A DNA stretch of 64,000 nucleotides from contig CAVXXK010000001.1 in NCBI GenBank assembly GCA_963765675.1, positions 2,304,001 to 2,368,000 of the forward strand, given 5' to 3'. The stretch's first letter is position 1. Each line of letters starts with the position of its first letter. Source of the stretch: an uncultured delta proteobacterium (GTDB taxonomy: Bacteria; Desulfobacterota; Binatia; Binatales; Binataceae). The notes under the pieces were generated by a model. That model had not been told where the DNA came from. It did not search any database and was given only the letters and a program-made list of their open reading frames with translations. A program made the translations under genes and the position numbers. Shown here one piece after another: positions 1 to 9,962 of the stretch.

Positions 1-261
1 CAGAAGAACGAGACCCGGCGCGAGAAGTTCGATCTGGTCAATATCGGCAGCCTCTCTGGGTTCGCCGACGGGGAGACGATCGACGCGGCCGCGCTGGCCG
101 CTCGCGGAATCACCCGCAAAGGACGTAAGATCAAGATTCTCGGTTCGGGTGAGTTGAAGACCAGGCTCACGGTTCGCGCCGACGCCTTCTCCGGCAGCGC
201 GCGCGAGAAGATCGCCGCCGCCGGCGGCAGCGCGGAGCTTATCGCCCCGGCCAATGCCTGA
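1..261 (+). CDS. rplO: 50S ribosomal protein L15, 5'-partial
   Basis: Frame 1 reads ...VNIGSL...KIKILGSGELKTRLTVRADAFSGSAREKIAAAGG...; TGA at 259-261 overlaps the secY ATG; canonical position. Confidence 0.95.
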   Translation, partial: QKNETRREKFDLVNIGSLSGFADGETIDAAALAARGITRKGRKIKILGSGELKTRLTVRADAFSGSAREKIAAAGGSAELIAPANA

Positions 262-1568
262 TGCTTGACGGGTTATCAAACGCCTCTCATATACCGGAGC
301 TGCGCCGCCGGCTGCTGTTTACCGCCATGATGCTGGCGGTATTCCGGCTTGGCGTGGCGGTGCCGACGCCGGGAATCGACGGGCAGGCGCTCGCGTCGTT
401 CTTCGACGCGGCGTCGGGCACGATGTTCGGCTGGGTGAACCTGTTCTCGGGCGGCGCGCTCGAACAATTCTCGGTCTTCGCGCTCGGGATCATGCCGTAC
501 ATCACGGTGGCGATCATCATCGATCTGCTCAAGGTCGCATCGCCCTATATCGACGAGCTCTACAAGGAAGGCGAGGCCGGCCGCCGCAAGATAACGCAGT
601 ACACGCGTTACGCGACGGTGGGCCTTTCGATCCTGCAGGGCACGATGATCGCGATCGGACTCGAGAAGATCCAGGCTCCCGGCGGCGGCTCGGTTGTGTA
701 TTCGCCGGGGCCGGCGTTTATCACGATGACCGTGATCACGGTCACGGCCGGCGCGATGTTCGTCATGTGGCTCGGCGAGCAGATCACTGAGCGCGGAATC
801 GGCAACGGCATTTCGCTGGTGATCATGGCGGGTATCGTCGCGCGGCTGCCGAGCGCACTTGGCGCCACGACCCAGTACGTGCGATCGGGCGAAATGAGCG
901 TCTTCGCACTGACCTTCATTCTGCTGTTAGCGGTTGGCGTCACCGCGCTGATCGTCTATCTCGAAACGGCGCAGCGGCGTATCCCGATCCAATACGCGCG
1001 CCGCGTGGTCGGACGGCGCGTATACGGCGGGCAGGCGTCGCATCTGCCGCTCAAGATCAACACCTCGGGAGTTATTCCGCCGATCTTCGCTTCGTCGATC
1101 CTGGTCTTTCCGGCGACGGTCGCGCAGTTTTTGCCTCAGCTCAAGGATTACTCGGCCTTCCTGATGCCGGGCGGGTTCACCTATGATCTGATCTACGTCA
1201 TCCTGATCGTCTTCTTCTGTTATTTTTACACGGCGGTCACGTTCAACCCGGTTGACGTGGCCGACAACCTGAAAAAATACGGCGGCTTTATTCCCGGTAT
1301 CAGGCCGGGCCGCTACACGGCGGAATATATCGATCGCGTGCTGTCGCGAATCACGCTGGGTGGCGCGATCTACGTCAGCGCAGTATGCGTTCTGCCGACG
1401 ATTCTGATCGCGCGCTTCAACGTGCCGTTCTACTTCGGCGGCACCGCACTCCTGATCGTGGTCGGCGTCGCGCTCGACACGATCGCCCAGATCGAAACCC
1501 ATCTGCTCACGCGCAACTACGAAGGGTTCATGCGTCGCGGGCGGGTGAAATCGCGCAAAGGTGCGTAG
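261..1568 (+). CDS. secY: Preprotein translocase subunit SecY
   Basis: SVFALGIMPYIT, GIGNGISLVI, GVIPPIFASS and FGGTALLIVVGV motifs; spc operon context. Confidence 0.99.
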   Translation: MLDGLSNASHIPELRRRLLFTAMMLAVFRLGVAVPTPGIDGQALASFFDAASGTMFGWVNLFSGGALEQFSVFALGIMPYITVAIIIDLLKVASPYIDELYKEGEAGRRKITQYTRYATVGLSILQGTMIAIGLEKIQAPGGGSVVYSPGPAFITMTVITVTAGAMFVMWLGEQITERGIGNGISLVIMAGIVARLPSALGATTQYVRSGEMSVFALTFILLLAVGVTALIVYLETAQRRIPIQYARRVVGRRVYGGQASHLPLKINTSGVIPPIFASSILVFPATVAQFLPQLKDYSAFLMPGGFTYDLIYVILIVFFCYFYTAVTFNPVDVADNLKKYGGFIPGIRPGRYTAEYIDRVLSRITLGGAIYVSAVCVLPTILIARFNVPFYFGGTALLIVVGVALDTIAQIETHLLTRNYEGFMRRGRVKSRKGA

Positions 1569-1571
1569 ACT

Positions 1572-2288
1572 GTGCGATTGGTACTCTTGGGCCCGCCCGG
1601 GGCGGGCAAGGGCACGCAGGCGCGGATGCTTCGGGAGCTGGCGGGGATTCCGCAAATCTCCAGCGGCGATCTGCTGCGTGCCGCGGTTCACGAGAAGACT
1701 CCGTTCGGCGTCGAAGCAGCCAGCTACATGGACCGTGGAGAACTGGTCCCGGATGATCTGGTGTTGAACCTCATTGACAGCCGGCTCGGCGCCGACGATG
1801 CGAAACACGGCTTTATCCTTGATGGCTTTCCGCGCTCGGTCGCGCAGGCCGAGGCGTTGCGTGCGATGCTGCTGAAGCGGCGCGGCAAGTCGCTCGATAA
1901 AGTAATCGCGCTCGGCGTTCCCGACGAGGAGATCGTCCGGCGCATTTCGGGGCGGCGCACCTGCACCAAATGCGGAGCGATGTATCATCTGATTTTCGAG
2001 CCGCCCAAAAAACCCGGCGTATGCGACAAGTGCGGCGGCGAGCTCTATCTGCGTGAGGATGATTCCGAACCCACGGTTCGCAAGCGCTTGAGCGTCTACA
2101 ATGCCACCACGCGGCCGCTGCTCGATTTCTACGGCAGCCTGGGAGTGCTGGCGCAGATCGACGGAATGGGTAAGCCCGAAGAAGTTGACGAGCGAATTAT
2201 TGCTACGCTCGATGGACTGCTGCCCAAGAACGGATCGAACAAGGCCGCGCGCGCCAAGGCGACCCGGCCGAAGCCGGCACTACGATGA
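1572..2288 (+). CDS. adk: Adenylate kinase with Zn-binding CxxC/CxxC lid and basic C-terminal tail
   Basis: GPPGAGKGTQ P-loop, LDGFPR motif. Confidence 0.98.
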   Translation: MRLVLLGPPGAGKGTQARMLRELAGIPQISSGDLLRAAVHEKTPFGVEAASYMDRGELVPDDLVLNLIDSRLGADDAKHGFILDGFPRSVAQAEALRAMLLKRRGKSLDKVIALGVPDEEIVRRISGRRTCTKCGAMYHLIFEPPKKPGVCDKCGGELYLREDDSEPTVRKRLSVYNATTRPLLDFYGSLGVLAQIDGMGKPEEVDERIIATLDGLLPKNGSNKAARAKATRPKPALR

Positions 2289-3055
2289 TCACGATCAAGA
2301 CTACCGAGGAAATCGCGATCATGCGCCGCGCGAGCCAGATCGTGGCCGAGGTGCTCGACGCGTTGGTCGGTGCGGTGCGCCCCGGCGTTGCGACCCAGGA
2401 GCTCGACGCGCTGGCCGAGCGGCTCACGCTCGAAAAAGGCGCGCGCCCTGCCTTCAAGGGCTACAAGCCGGGCGATGTGGTTTATCCGAAGTCGCTGTGC
2501 GTGTCGATCAACGAAGAGATAGTCCACGGCATCCCGTCGGGCCGAAAGCTCAAGGCGGGCGATATCGTCGGACTCGACTACGGCGTCGTGTACGAGGGCT
2601 TCTTCGGAGATTCCGCACGCACCGTTCCCGTCGGCCAGGTGCCGGAGAGCACTCAGCGTCTGCTGCGCGTCACGCGCGAGGCGCTGTACGCGGGAATCGC
2701 GCAGGCGCACGCGGGCAACAGGATTTCGGATATCGGGCGCGCGGTGCAGGCGGTGGCTGAAAACGCGGGATATTCAGTGGTGACGGATTTCGCCGGACAC
2801 GGAATCGGCCGGCGGCTCCACGAAGATCCGCAGGTACCCAATTATTTCCGGCGCGGGATGCCGAATCCCCGCCTGCAGGAGGGGATGGCACTGGCGATCG
2901 AGCCGATGGTTAACGAGGGAACGGCCGAATTGGAGATACTCGCCGACGGGTGGACTGCGGTAACCGCAGACGGTAAACTATCGGCCCACTTCGAGCATTC
3001 CATCGCGATCACCTCAAACGGGCCGATTATCCTGAGCGAGCTGGACAATGTCTAA
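2285..3055 (+). CDS. map: Methionine aminopeptidase type I
   Basis: [34 protein letters not shown]. Confidence 0.98.
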   Translation: MITIKTTEEIAIMRRASQIVAEVLDALVGAVRPGVATQELDALAERLTLEKGARPAFKGYKPGDVVYPKSLCVSINEEIVHGIPSGRKLKAGDIVGLDYGVVYEGFFGDSARTVPVGQVPESTQRLLRVTREALYAGIAQAHAGNRISDIGRAVQAVAENAGYSVVTDFAGHGIGRRLHEDPQVPNYFRRGMPNPRLQEGMALAIEPMVNEGTAELEILADGWTAVTADGKLSAHFEHSIAITSNGPIILSELDNV

Positions 3056-3266
3056 GGGCGACTCTATCGAAGTTCAGGGAACGGTCAATGAGGCGCTGCC
3101 GAACGCGGTGTTTCGGGTGACGCTCGACAACGGGCACAAGGTGTTGGCGCATATTTCAGGCAAGATGCGGATGCATTACATCAAGATTCTTCCCGGCGAC
3201 AAGGTCACGGTGGAACTGTCCCCGTATGATCTGACCCGCGGCCGGATTACTTACCGGCAGCGTTAA
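3048..3266 (+). CDS. infA: Translation initiation factor IF-1
   Basis: LAHISGKMR...[24 protein letters not shown]. Confidence 0.99.
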   Translation: MSKGDSIEVQGTVNEALPNAVFRVTLDNGHKVLAHISGKMRMHYIKILPGDKVTVELSPYDLTRGRITYRQR

Positions 3267-3290
3267 GCGCCGGCTAAACGGTACGAAACG

Positions 3291-3404
3291 ATGAAGGTTC
3301 GAGCTTCGGTAAAAAAGATTTGCAAGAACTGCAAGGTGGTGCGCCGGCAAGGCGTCGTGCGCATCCTGTGCTCCAACCCGCGCCATAAGCAGCGCCAGGG
3401 CTAG
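3291..3404 (+). CDS. rpmJ: 50S ribosomal protein L36, Zn-ribbon type (absent from ORF track)
   Basis: Hand translation: [37 protein letters not shown]. Confidence 0.98.
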   Translation: MKVRASVKKICKNCKVVRRQGVVRILCSNPRHKQRQG

Positions 3405-3443
3405 AGCCGCGGTCAGGGCCGGAAGGCTCAGAAGGAATTTGCG

Positions 3444-3825
3444 ATGGCACGTGTAGCGGGAGTTGAACTGCCGAAGAACAAGCGGATGGAAATCGCGCTC
3501 ACCTATATCTATGGGATCGGGCGCTCTGCCGCGGTCAAGATTCTCGACAAGGCGGGCGTCGACCGGGCGCGCAAGAGCGACGATCTTAGCGCCGAAGAGC
3601 AGAGCCGCATCCGCCAGGTGATCGATACCGACTTCGAGGTCGAAGGCGATCTGCGGCGCGAGATGCAGCAGAATATCAAGCGTCTGATGGACCTCGGATG
3701 CTACCGCGGCATCCGTCATCGCCGCTCGCTTGCCGGTGCGCGGCCAGCGTACTCACACTAACGCGCGCACCCGCAAAGGTCCGCGCAAAGTCGTCGCGGG
3801 CAAGAAGCAAGCGCCGACCAAGTAA
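3444..3825 (+). CDS. rpsM: 30S ribosomal protein S13 with one +1 frameshift near 3730 (probable sequence error)
   Basis: MARVAGV...YRGIRHRRS, then the conserved [20 protein letters not shown] continues in the +1 frame to TAA at 3823-3825. Confidence 0.95.
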
Positions 3826-3887
3826 AACGGCCGCCGCGTGTAATGGCGCCAGGAAGTTTTGACCGGGAGCTTTAGACGAGAGACCAG

Positions 3888-4361
3888 ATGGCAGACGAAA
3901 TCAAAGAGACCAAAGACGCACCCGCGCCCGCGGCTGGCGCGGAAAAGGGCGCGGCTACCGCTGCCGGCGCCGCCGCCGCGGCTCCCGCACCGCGGCGCAA
4001 GCGCACCAAGCGCTCGGTGCCCGAGGGCGTCGCGCATATCCATGCGACCTTCAACAACACGATCGTCACGATCACCGATCAGGGCGGCCTCGTGATCGCG
4101 TGGGCCAGCGCCGGATCGGTCGGCTTCAAAGGCTCGCGCAAGGGAACTCCTTACGCAGCGCAGATGGCGGCAGAGGCGTGCGCGCGCAAATGCTCGGAAG
4201 TCGGGATGCGCGCGGTGGTCGCCTACGTGAAGGGACCCGGCGGCGGCCGCGAATCGGCGGTGCGCGCGCTGCAGGCGGCCGGCTTGGGCGTAATTTCAAT
4301 CAAAGACGTGACCCCGATACCGCACAACGGATGCCGTCCGCCGAAGCGGCGCAGGGTCTGA
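3888..4361 (+). CDS. rpsK: 30S ribosomal protein S11 with Ala/Pro-rich N-terminal extension
   Basis: [47 protein letters not shown]. Confidence 0.99.
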   Translation: MADEIKETKDAPAPAAGAEKGAATAAGAAAAAPAPRRKRTKRSVPEGVAHIHATFNNTIVTITDQGGLVIAWASAGSVGFKGSRKGTPYAAQMAAEACARKCSEVGMRAVVAYVKGPGGGRESAVRALQAAGLGVISIKDVTPIPHNGCRPPKRRRV

Positions 4362-4387
4362 TCACCTTTTAGGAAGGACGAAGGCAC

Positions 4388-5014
4388 GTGGCGAGAAATC
4401 TTGGTCCTGTATGCCGGCTATGCCGGCGCGAAGGCTTGAAGCTCTTCCTCAAGGGAGAGCGATGCTTCAGCGACAAGTGTGCGATCGAGCGGCGCAATTA
4501 TCCGCCCGGTGCGCACGGACAATCGCGCACCCGGTTCTCCGAGTTCGCCATCCGTCTGCGTGAAAAGCAGAAGGTGAAGCGGATCTACGGGATGCTCGAG
4601 AAGCAGTTCTCGCATTACTTCGAGGAAGCCGAGCGCCTGCCCGGAATCACCGGCGAGAATCTGCTGGTGCTGCTCGAGCGGCGGCTCGACAACGCGGTGT
4701 ACAAGCTCGGTTTCGCGAGCTCGCTGGCGCAGTCGCGCCAGCTCGTGCGCCACGGTCATTACCAGGTTAACGGCAGGACCGTTACGATTCCGTCGTATCA
4801 GCTCGAAGTCGGCGACGTGGTGAGTATCACCGAGAAGAGCAGGACCAAGAAGGTGATCGTCGAGGCGATTGAGATGGCGCAGCGGCGCGGCACGCCGCCG
4901 TGGATGGCGCTCGAGCGCGAGCAGTTCCGCGGCACCTTCAAGGCGTTGCCCGCGCGTGGCGATTTGACCATGCCGATCAGCGAAAAGCTGATCGTGGAAC
5001 ATTATTCGAGATAA
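4388..5014 (+). CDS. rpsD: 30S ribosomal protein S4
   Basis: [38 protein letters not shown]. Confidence 0.99.
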   Translation: MARNLGPVCRLCRREGLKLFLKGERCFSDKCAIERRNYPPGAHGQSRTRFSEFAIRLREKQKVKRIYGMLEKQFSHYFEEAERLPGITGENLLVLLERRLDNAVYKLGFASSLAQSRQLVRHGHYQVNGRTVTIPSYQLEVGDVVSITEKSRTKKVIVEAIEMAQRRGTPPWMALEREQFRGTFKALPARGDLTMPISEKLIVEHYSR

Positions 5015-5100
5015 CCCCTAACGGAGGCGGAGCTGCCTGCGGGGTCCGTGGCGGACCCGACTGCGGCAAAAGTCCCAACAGCTCTTGAAGCGGCGAAATT

Positions 5101-6135
5101 ATGCAGAACGATTGGCGAGATCTGACCAAACCCAAGTCGGTTGAATTCGAAGAAAAAGAACTAACGTCCAGCTACGGGCGTTTCTTCGCCGAACCGCTGG
5201 AACGCGGCTACGGAATCACGATCGGCAACGCGCTCCGGCGCGTGCTGCTGTCGTCGCTTCCGGGCTTTGCGATTTGCGCGGTCCGGATCAAGGGCGTGCT
5301 CCACGAATTCTCGACCCTGCCCGGCGTCAAAGAGGACGTGACCGATATCGTCCTCAACCTGAAGGAAGTCCGCGTGCGCCTGCACGAGGGCGACCAGATA
5401 ACCGCGACGCTCAAGGTCAAGGGAGAAGCGGTAGTGACCGCGCGCGATATCACCGGCGGCGCGAGCCTCGAGATTCTCACGCCCGATCAGCATATCGCCT
5501 CGCTCGACAAGGGCGCCGACCTCGATATGGAACTCGTGATCAAGCGCGGGCGCGGTTACGTGCCGGCCGAGCGCGGCGAAGAAGACGAGCCGATCGGAAC
5601 CGTGCGCCTGGACGCGATCTATTCGCCGATCAAGAAAGTCAACTTCACCGTCACCAACGCTCGCGTCGGACAGCGCACCGACTACGATCGGCTTGCGCTC
5701 GAGCTCTGGACCGACGGCTCGATCGGCCCGCGCGAGGCGCTGACCTACGCGGCCCGCGTGATGCGCGATCAGATGTCGATCTTCGCCGGCGTCGAGGAAG
5801 AAGCCGAAACCGGGGCGGTCGCTCCCGGCGTCGAAGGCTCGCAGGAGCGTCCCACGCTCAACGAGCTGCTCTACCGCCCGGTCGAGGGGCTGCCAATTTC
5901 GGTCCGGGCCTTCAACGGCCTCCAGAACGCCGACATCAAGTATATCGGCGAGTTGGTGCAGCGCACCGAGCAGGACATGCTCAAGATCAAGAACTTCGGC
6001 CGCAAGTCATTGAACGAGATCAAGGAAGTGCTCACCGACATGAGCCTTTCGCTCGGGATGCGGTTGGAAAATCTGCCGCCCCGCAGCGAACTCGATCGCA
6101 TGTGGGAAGAGCAGGAGCGGCGCGAATCCGCGTAA
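5101..6135 (+). CDS. rpoA: RNA polymerase alpha subunit
   Basis: EPLERGYGITIGNALRRVLLSS, RVGQRTDYD, NFGRKSLNEI. Confidence 0.99.
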   Translation: MQNDWRDLTKPKSVEFEEKELTSSYGRFFAEPLERGYGITIGNALRRVLLSSLPGFAICAVRIKGVLHEFSTLPGVKEDVTDIVLNLKEVRVRLHEGDQITATLKVKGEAVVTARDITGGASLEILTPDQHIASLDKGADLDMELVIKRGRGYVPAERGEEDEPIGTVRLDAIYSPIKKVNFTVTNARVGQRTDYDRLALELWTDGSIGPREALTYAARVMRDQMSIFAGVEEEAETGAVAPGVEGSQERPTLNELLYRPVEGLPISVRAFNGLQNADIKYIGELVQRTEQDMLKIKNFGRKSLNEIKEVLTDMSLSLGMRLENLPPRSELDRMWEEQERRESA

Positions 6136-6177
6136 GCGCGGCTCGTGCACGCGACCTCAAGTTTGTTGGAGTAGGCG

Positions 6178-6621
6178 ATGCGTCATCTCAACCAGGGCCG
6201 TAAGCTAAATCGCACTTCCGCGCATCGCAAGGCGCTGTTCAAGAACCTTGTGCTCGCGCTGATTCATCATGAGCGGATTCAAACCACGGACGCCAAGGCC
6301 AAAGAAATGCGGCGTTTTGCCGATCGGATGGTGACGCTGGGCAAGCAGGGCGATTTGCCGGCGCATCGCCGCGCATTCGCGTTCCTGCAGTCGCATGAGG
6401 CGGTCAAGAAACTGTTCGACGAGATCGCGCCGCGCTTCAAAGATCGCAATGGCGGCTACACACGCGTGATCAAGTTTGGCGTGCGCCGTGGCGACGCCGC
6501 GCCGATCTCGGTCATCGAATTCACCGGCAACGAAGAACGATCCGCCGCCAAGAAGCCGCGCAAGAAATCGGCCAAGAAGACCGAAGAACAAAGCGCCCGG
6601 CGCGCCGCCGCCGCAGGCTGA
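6178..6621 (+). CDS. rplQ: 50S ribosomal protein L17 with Lys/Ala-rich tail
   Basis: MRH...[30 protein letters not shown]. Confidence 0.99.
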   Translation: MRHLNQGRKLNRTSAHRKALFKNLVLALIHHERIQTTDAKAKEMRRFADRMVTLGKQGDLPAHRRAFAFLQSHEAVKKLFDEIAPRFKDRNGGYTRVIKFGVRRGDAAPISVIEFTGNEERSAAKKPRKKSAKKTEEQSARRAAAAG

Positions 6622-6635
6622 ACCGAACGTTATCG

Positions 6636-7532
6636 CTACGATTTCTTCGCAGGGGCGGCCATCTGGCCGCCCTTGTTCTTTTGCGCTCGTCCGCCGCTGT
6701 CAGTTGATTGTGGCCGCAGCTCTCCGAGGAGATGCTCCGGGCGCGTGACGATCGCGGCTTCCATCGGTCCTTCGACGCCGCCGAGGGTTCCCCAAACCTT
6801 GTAACCCAGCCGCGATTTCAGTTGATCGGAAAGCGCGCGCTCGACTTCCACATCGAGCGACAGAAACGGATTCTCCTGCGCGCGCATGAACGGCCGCGCA
6901 AAGTAACTCAGCAGCACGTGGCGCCGGCTCTCGGTCGAATTCGGTCCCGTGCCATGAAAGATGCGTCCGTCGAAGACCAGTGCCGAGCCTGCCGGTCCTT
7001 GCGCCGCGACAGTCTGCGAAGTGTCGGCGGGGTTGGCCAGCGGCGCGGCGCTCAGATGGCTTCGTGGCACCAGCCGCGTTCCGCCGTTGGCGCTCGTGAC
7101 GTCATCGAGCATCCACGCAATATTCGCGACCACCGGAATCGGTGTGTGGAATGGCAAGTAGCCTTGATCGCGATGCAGATACATCGGGGCGCCGCCGGGT
7201 CCCGCGATATTTGCGGTCAGGCTCGACAGGATGAATCCGGTGCCGAGCAGATGCGGCATAATCGCGTCTACCAGCAGATGCAGGATCAAATCGCGAAACT
7301 CACGGCCCTTGTTGATGAGGTTCCAGACCCGCTGATTGGGGAGGCTCGGGCCGCCGTCGCGGGTGGCGCGGCCGATTTCCGCTTCGGCGGCTGCCTGCTC
7401 GACCAGCCGTTCGCGAAGTGCGCGCAAGTCGCTCGCGTCGAGAGCCTCGGCGATCAGGCAATAGCCGAACGAATCCAAATCACGCTTCGCCTGCACGAGG
7501 TCGCGCGTCAGCCGCGGGAGAGCGTCGGTCAT
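6636..7532 (-). CDS. Phytanoyl-CoA dioxygenase (PhyH) family Fe/2OG enzyme
   Basis: Own ATG (MTDALPRL); MYLHRDQ (HxD), NGGTRLVPRSH, FDGRIFHGTGPN. Confidence 0.85.
   Translation of the reverse strand: MTDALPRLTRDLVQAKRDLDSFGYCLIAEALDASDLRALRERLVEQAAAEAEIGRATRDGGPSLPNQRVWNLINKGREFRDLILHLLVDAIMPHLLGTGFILSSLTANIAGPGGAPMYLHRDQGYLPFHTPIPVVANIAWMLDDVTSANGGTRLVPRSHLSAAPLANPADTSQTVAAQGPAGSALVFDGRIFHGTGPNSTESRRHVLLSYFARPFMRAQENPFLSLDVEVERALSDQLKSRLGYKVWGTLGGVEGPMEAAIVTRPEHLLGELRPQSTDSGGRAQKNKGGQMAAPAKKS
6648..6684 (+). terminator. Probable intrinsic terminator of the alpha operon
   Basis: GGGCGGCCA-TC-TGGCCGCCC hairpin followed by TTGTTCTTTT. Confidence 0.7.
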
Positions 7533-7549
7533 CGCAAATGCCTCGGTTT

Positions 7550-8399
7550 TCAAATCGAGCGCGCCGCGCGATCCAGCGCGCGGTAATCCGTGTCGTCGAG
7601 CTTGACGGCGCGCGCCTGCGTGTTTTCCTCCAGATGCGCGACGCTCGAGGTGCCGGGAATCGGCAGCATCGCGCGCGAGCGCCTGAGCAGCCACGCAAGC
7701 GCGATCTGGCCGGGCGTGGCATCGACGCGCGACGCGATCTCCTTCAGGCGCTTGTTTCATGAGCAGGTTGCTGGCGCCAAGTGGAAAATATGGGATAAAG
7801 CCAAGGCCCTCGGCTTCGCAATAGTCGAGCACCGGCTCCGATTCGCGATACGCCAGATTGTAATTATTCTGAACCGAGACGATCGGGACGATCTTGCGCG
7901 CGGCCTTGACCTGCTCGGCGCTGAAATTCGAGACCCCGACATGCCGGATCTTTCCTTCCGCGCGCAATTCGGCGAGCGCCGTGATCGACTCTTCGAGCGG
8001 CACTTTCGGATCGGGAGTGTGAAGCTGGTAGAGGTCAATTCGGTCGAGTTTCAGCCGCCTGAGACTGCCTTCGCACGCCTGTTTCAGATGCTGCGGGCGC
8101 CCGTTCGGCACCCACGAATTGGGGCCTGGCCGCGTGTAGCCGCCCTTGGTCGCGATTACCAGGTTGGCGGGATAGGGATGGATAGCTTCGGCGATAAGAT
8201 TCTCGGAGACTTCGGGGCCGTAGGCGTCGGCGGTGTCAATCAGGTTAACGCCCAATTCAACCGCGCGCTTGATTACCCGGATTGCTTCGCCGCGGTCCGG
8301 CGGGTTGCCCCAAACACCGTTGCCGGTGACTCGCATCGCTCCGAAACCGAGCCGGCCGACGCGTAGGTCGCCGCCAATCATGAAATCGTCTGTAGCCAT
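7550..8399 (-). CDS. Aldo/keto reductase with one +1 frameshift near 7755
   Basis: LGFGAM, IDTADAYG, IATKGG, IDLYQLH; the C-terminus ATPGQIALAWLL...PIPGTSSVAHLEEN lies in the +1 frame and ends TGA at 7550. Confidence 0.88.
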
Positions 8400-8513
8400 A
8401 GCAAAATCCTAGCGAATTCGCGCGTTTTTACGAAATACCCACGCCGCTGACCACTCCAACTTCTTGAGTGTGAAGCGGTCTGATAGGCTTGATTGTGAAG
8501 GTGACAAACCCCG

Positions 8514-9962
8514 ATGGCAAATGAACTGGCGCATCCGGAAAAGTTCTTTCTCAATCGCTTCGGCATGAGCGACCGCGCTTTCGAGCGGATCTTGGGCACC
8601 GCGCTCGAACGCAAAGCTGACTACGCCGACCTGTTCTTCGAATACCAGAGCGCAGAGTCGCTCGCGCTTGAAGAGTCGATGGTCAATCATACCTCCAAGA
8701 GCATCAGCCACGGCGTCGGCGTCCGCGTATGCGCCGAAGATCGCACTGGCTACGCCTACTCCGACGAAGTCACGATCGACAGGATGCAGCTCGCGGCCGA
8801 AGCCGCCCGCGCAATCGCCGACCAGCGCGCGACGGTACCCGCGGTGCAGGTAGGAGCTCCGGCCCCGCGCCATGCGCTGTACGAGGTCGAGACGACGCCG
8901 CTGGAAATTCCGCTCGAAGAGCGCGCCCGGCTCTTGCGCGAGATCGACGCCGCAGCGCGTGCGTATGATCCCCGAGTGAAGAACGTGATGGCCTCGATCG
9001 CGGCCGAGCGCAAGATCGTCATGATCGTCACCAGCGAAGGCAAGCTCGCCGCCGATGTGCAGCCGCTATGCCGCTTGAACGTGACGGTGATCGCGGAAGA
9101 TGGGAAAGGCGGCCGCCAATCCGGAACCTTCGGCGGCGGCGGACGCGTCGAGTACAAGTATTTTCTCGAAGGCGACCGATGGCGCCAGTACGCGCACGAA
9201 GCCGCACGCCAGGCGATCGTCAACCTTGACGCGGGTGACGCGCCCGCGGGCGAGATGGTCGTGGTCCTTGGGCCGGGATGGCCGGGAATCCTGCTTCACG
9301 AGGCGATCGGTCATGGGCTCGAGGGCGACTTTAATCGCAAGGGCGTTTCTGCCTTCTCCGGGCGGATCGGTCAGAAGGTCGCAAGCGAACTCTGCACCGT
9401 CGTTGACGACGGCACGATCCCGATGCGCCGCGGCAGCCTGAACGTCGATGACGAAGGCACGCCGACCTCGCGCACGGTGCTGATCGAAAAAGGAATCCTG
9501 CGCGGATATTTGCAGGATCGGATGAACGCGCGCCTGATGAAGATGAAGCCGACAGGTAACGGCCGCCGCGAGAGCTTTGCGCATACGCCGATGCCGCGAA
9601 TGACCAACACCTTCATGCTCGCCGGGGATTCGACCAAAGAGGAAATCATCAAGTCGGTGAAAAAGGGCCTCTACGCGGTCAACTTTGGCGGTGGGCAGGT
9701 CGATATCACTAATGGCAAATTCGTCTTCTCCGCGAGCGAGGCCTACCTGATCGAGGACGGCCAGGTGACACGCCCGGTAAAGGGCGCAACGCTGATCGGC
9801 GACGGTCCCGACGTGCTGACGCGCGTCGCGATGGTCGGCAACGACCTCGCACTGGATTCGGGCGTCGGCACCTGCGGCAAGGACGGCCAATCGGTGCCGG
9901 TGGGCGTAGGACTTCCGACGATTCGGATCGACGGGCTCACGGTGGGCGGCACTCGCGCATGA
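8514..9962 (+). CDS. tldD: Metalloprotease TldD
   Basis: LLHEAIGHGLEGD, TGNGRRES..H.PMPRMTNT, GTCGKDGQSVPV. Confidence 0.96.
   Translation: MANELAHPEKFFLNRFGMSDRAFERILGTALERKADYADLFFEYQSAESLALEESMVNHTSKSISHGVGVRVCAEDRTGYAYSDEVTIDRMQLAAEAARAIADQRATVPAVQVGAPAPRHALYEVETTPLEIPLEERARLLREIDAAARAYDPRVKNVMASIAAERKIVMIVTSEGKLAADVQPLCRLNVTVIAEDGKGGRQSGTFGGGGRVEYKYFLEGDRWRQYAHEAARQAIVNLDAGDAPAGEMVVVLGPGWPGILLHEAIGHGLEGDFNRKGVSAFSGRIGQKVASELCTVVDDGTIPMRRGSLNVDDEGTPTSRTVLIEKGILRGYLQDRMNARLMKMKPTGNGRRESFAHTPMPRMTNTFMLAGDSTKEEIIKSVKKGLYAVNFGGGQVDITNGKFVFSASEAYLIEDGQVTRPVKGATLIGDGPDVLTRVAMVGNDLALDSGVGTCGKDGQSVPVGVGLPTIRIDGLTVGGTRA

Noticed and set aside
3725-3735. Programmed ribosomal frameshifting at the five shift sites
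   Set aside because: No shared slippery heptamer or stimulatory structure seen; sequencing error is more parsimonious
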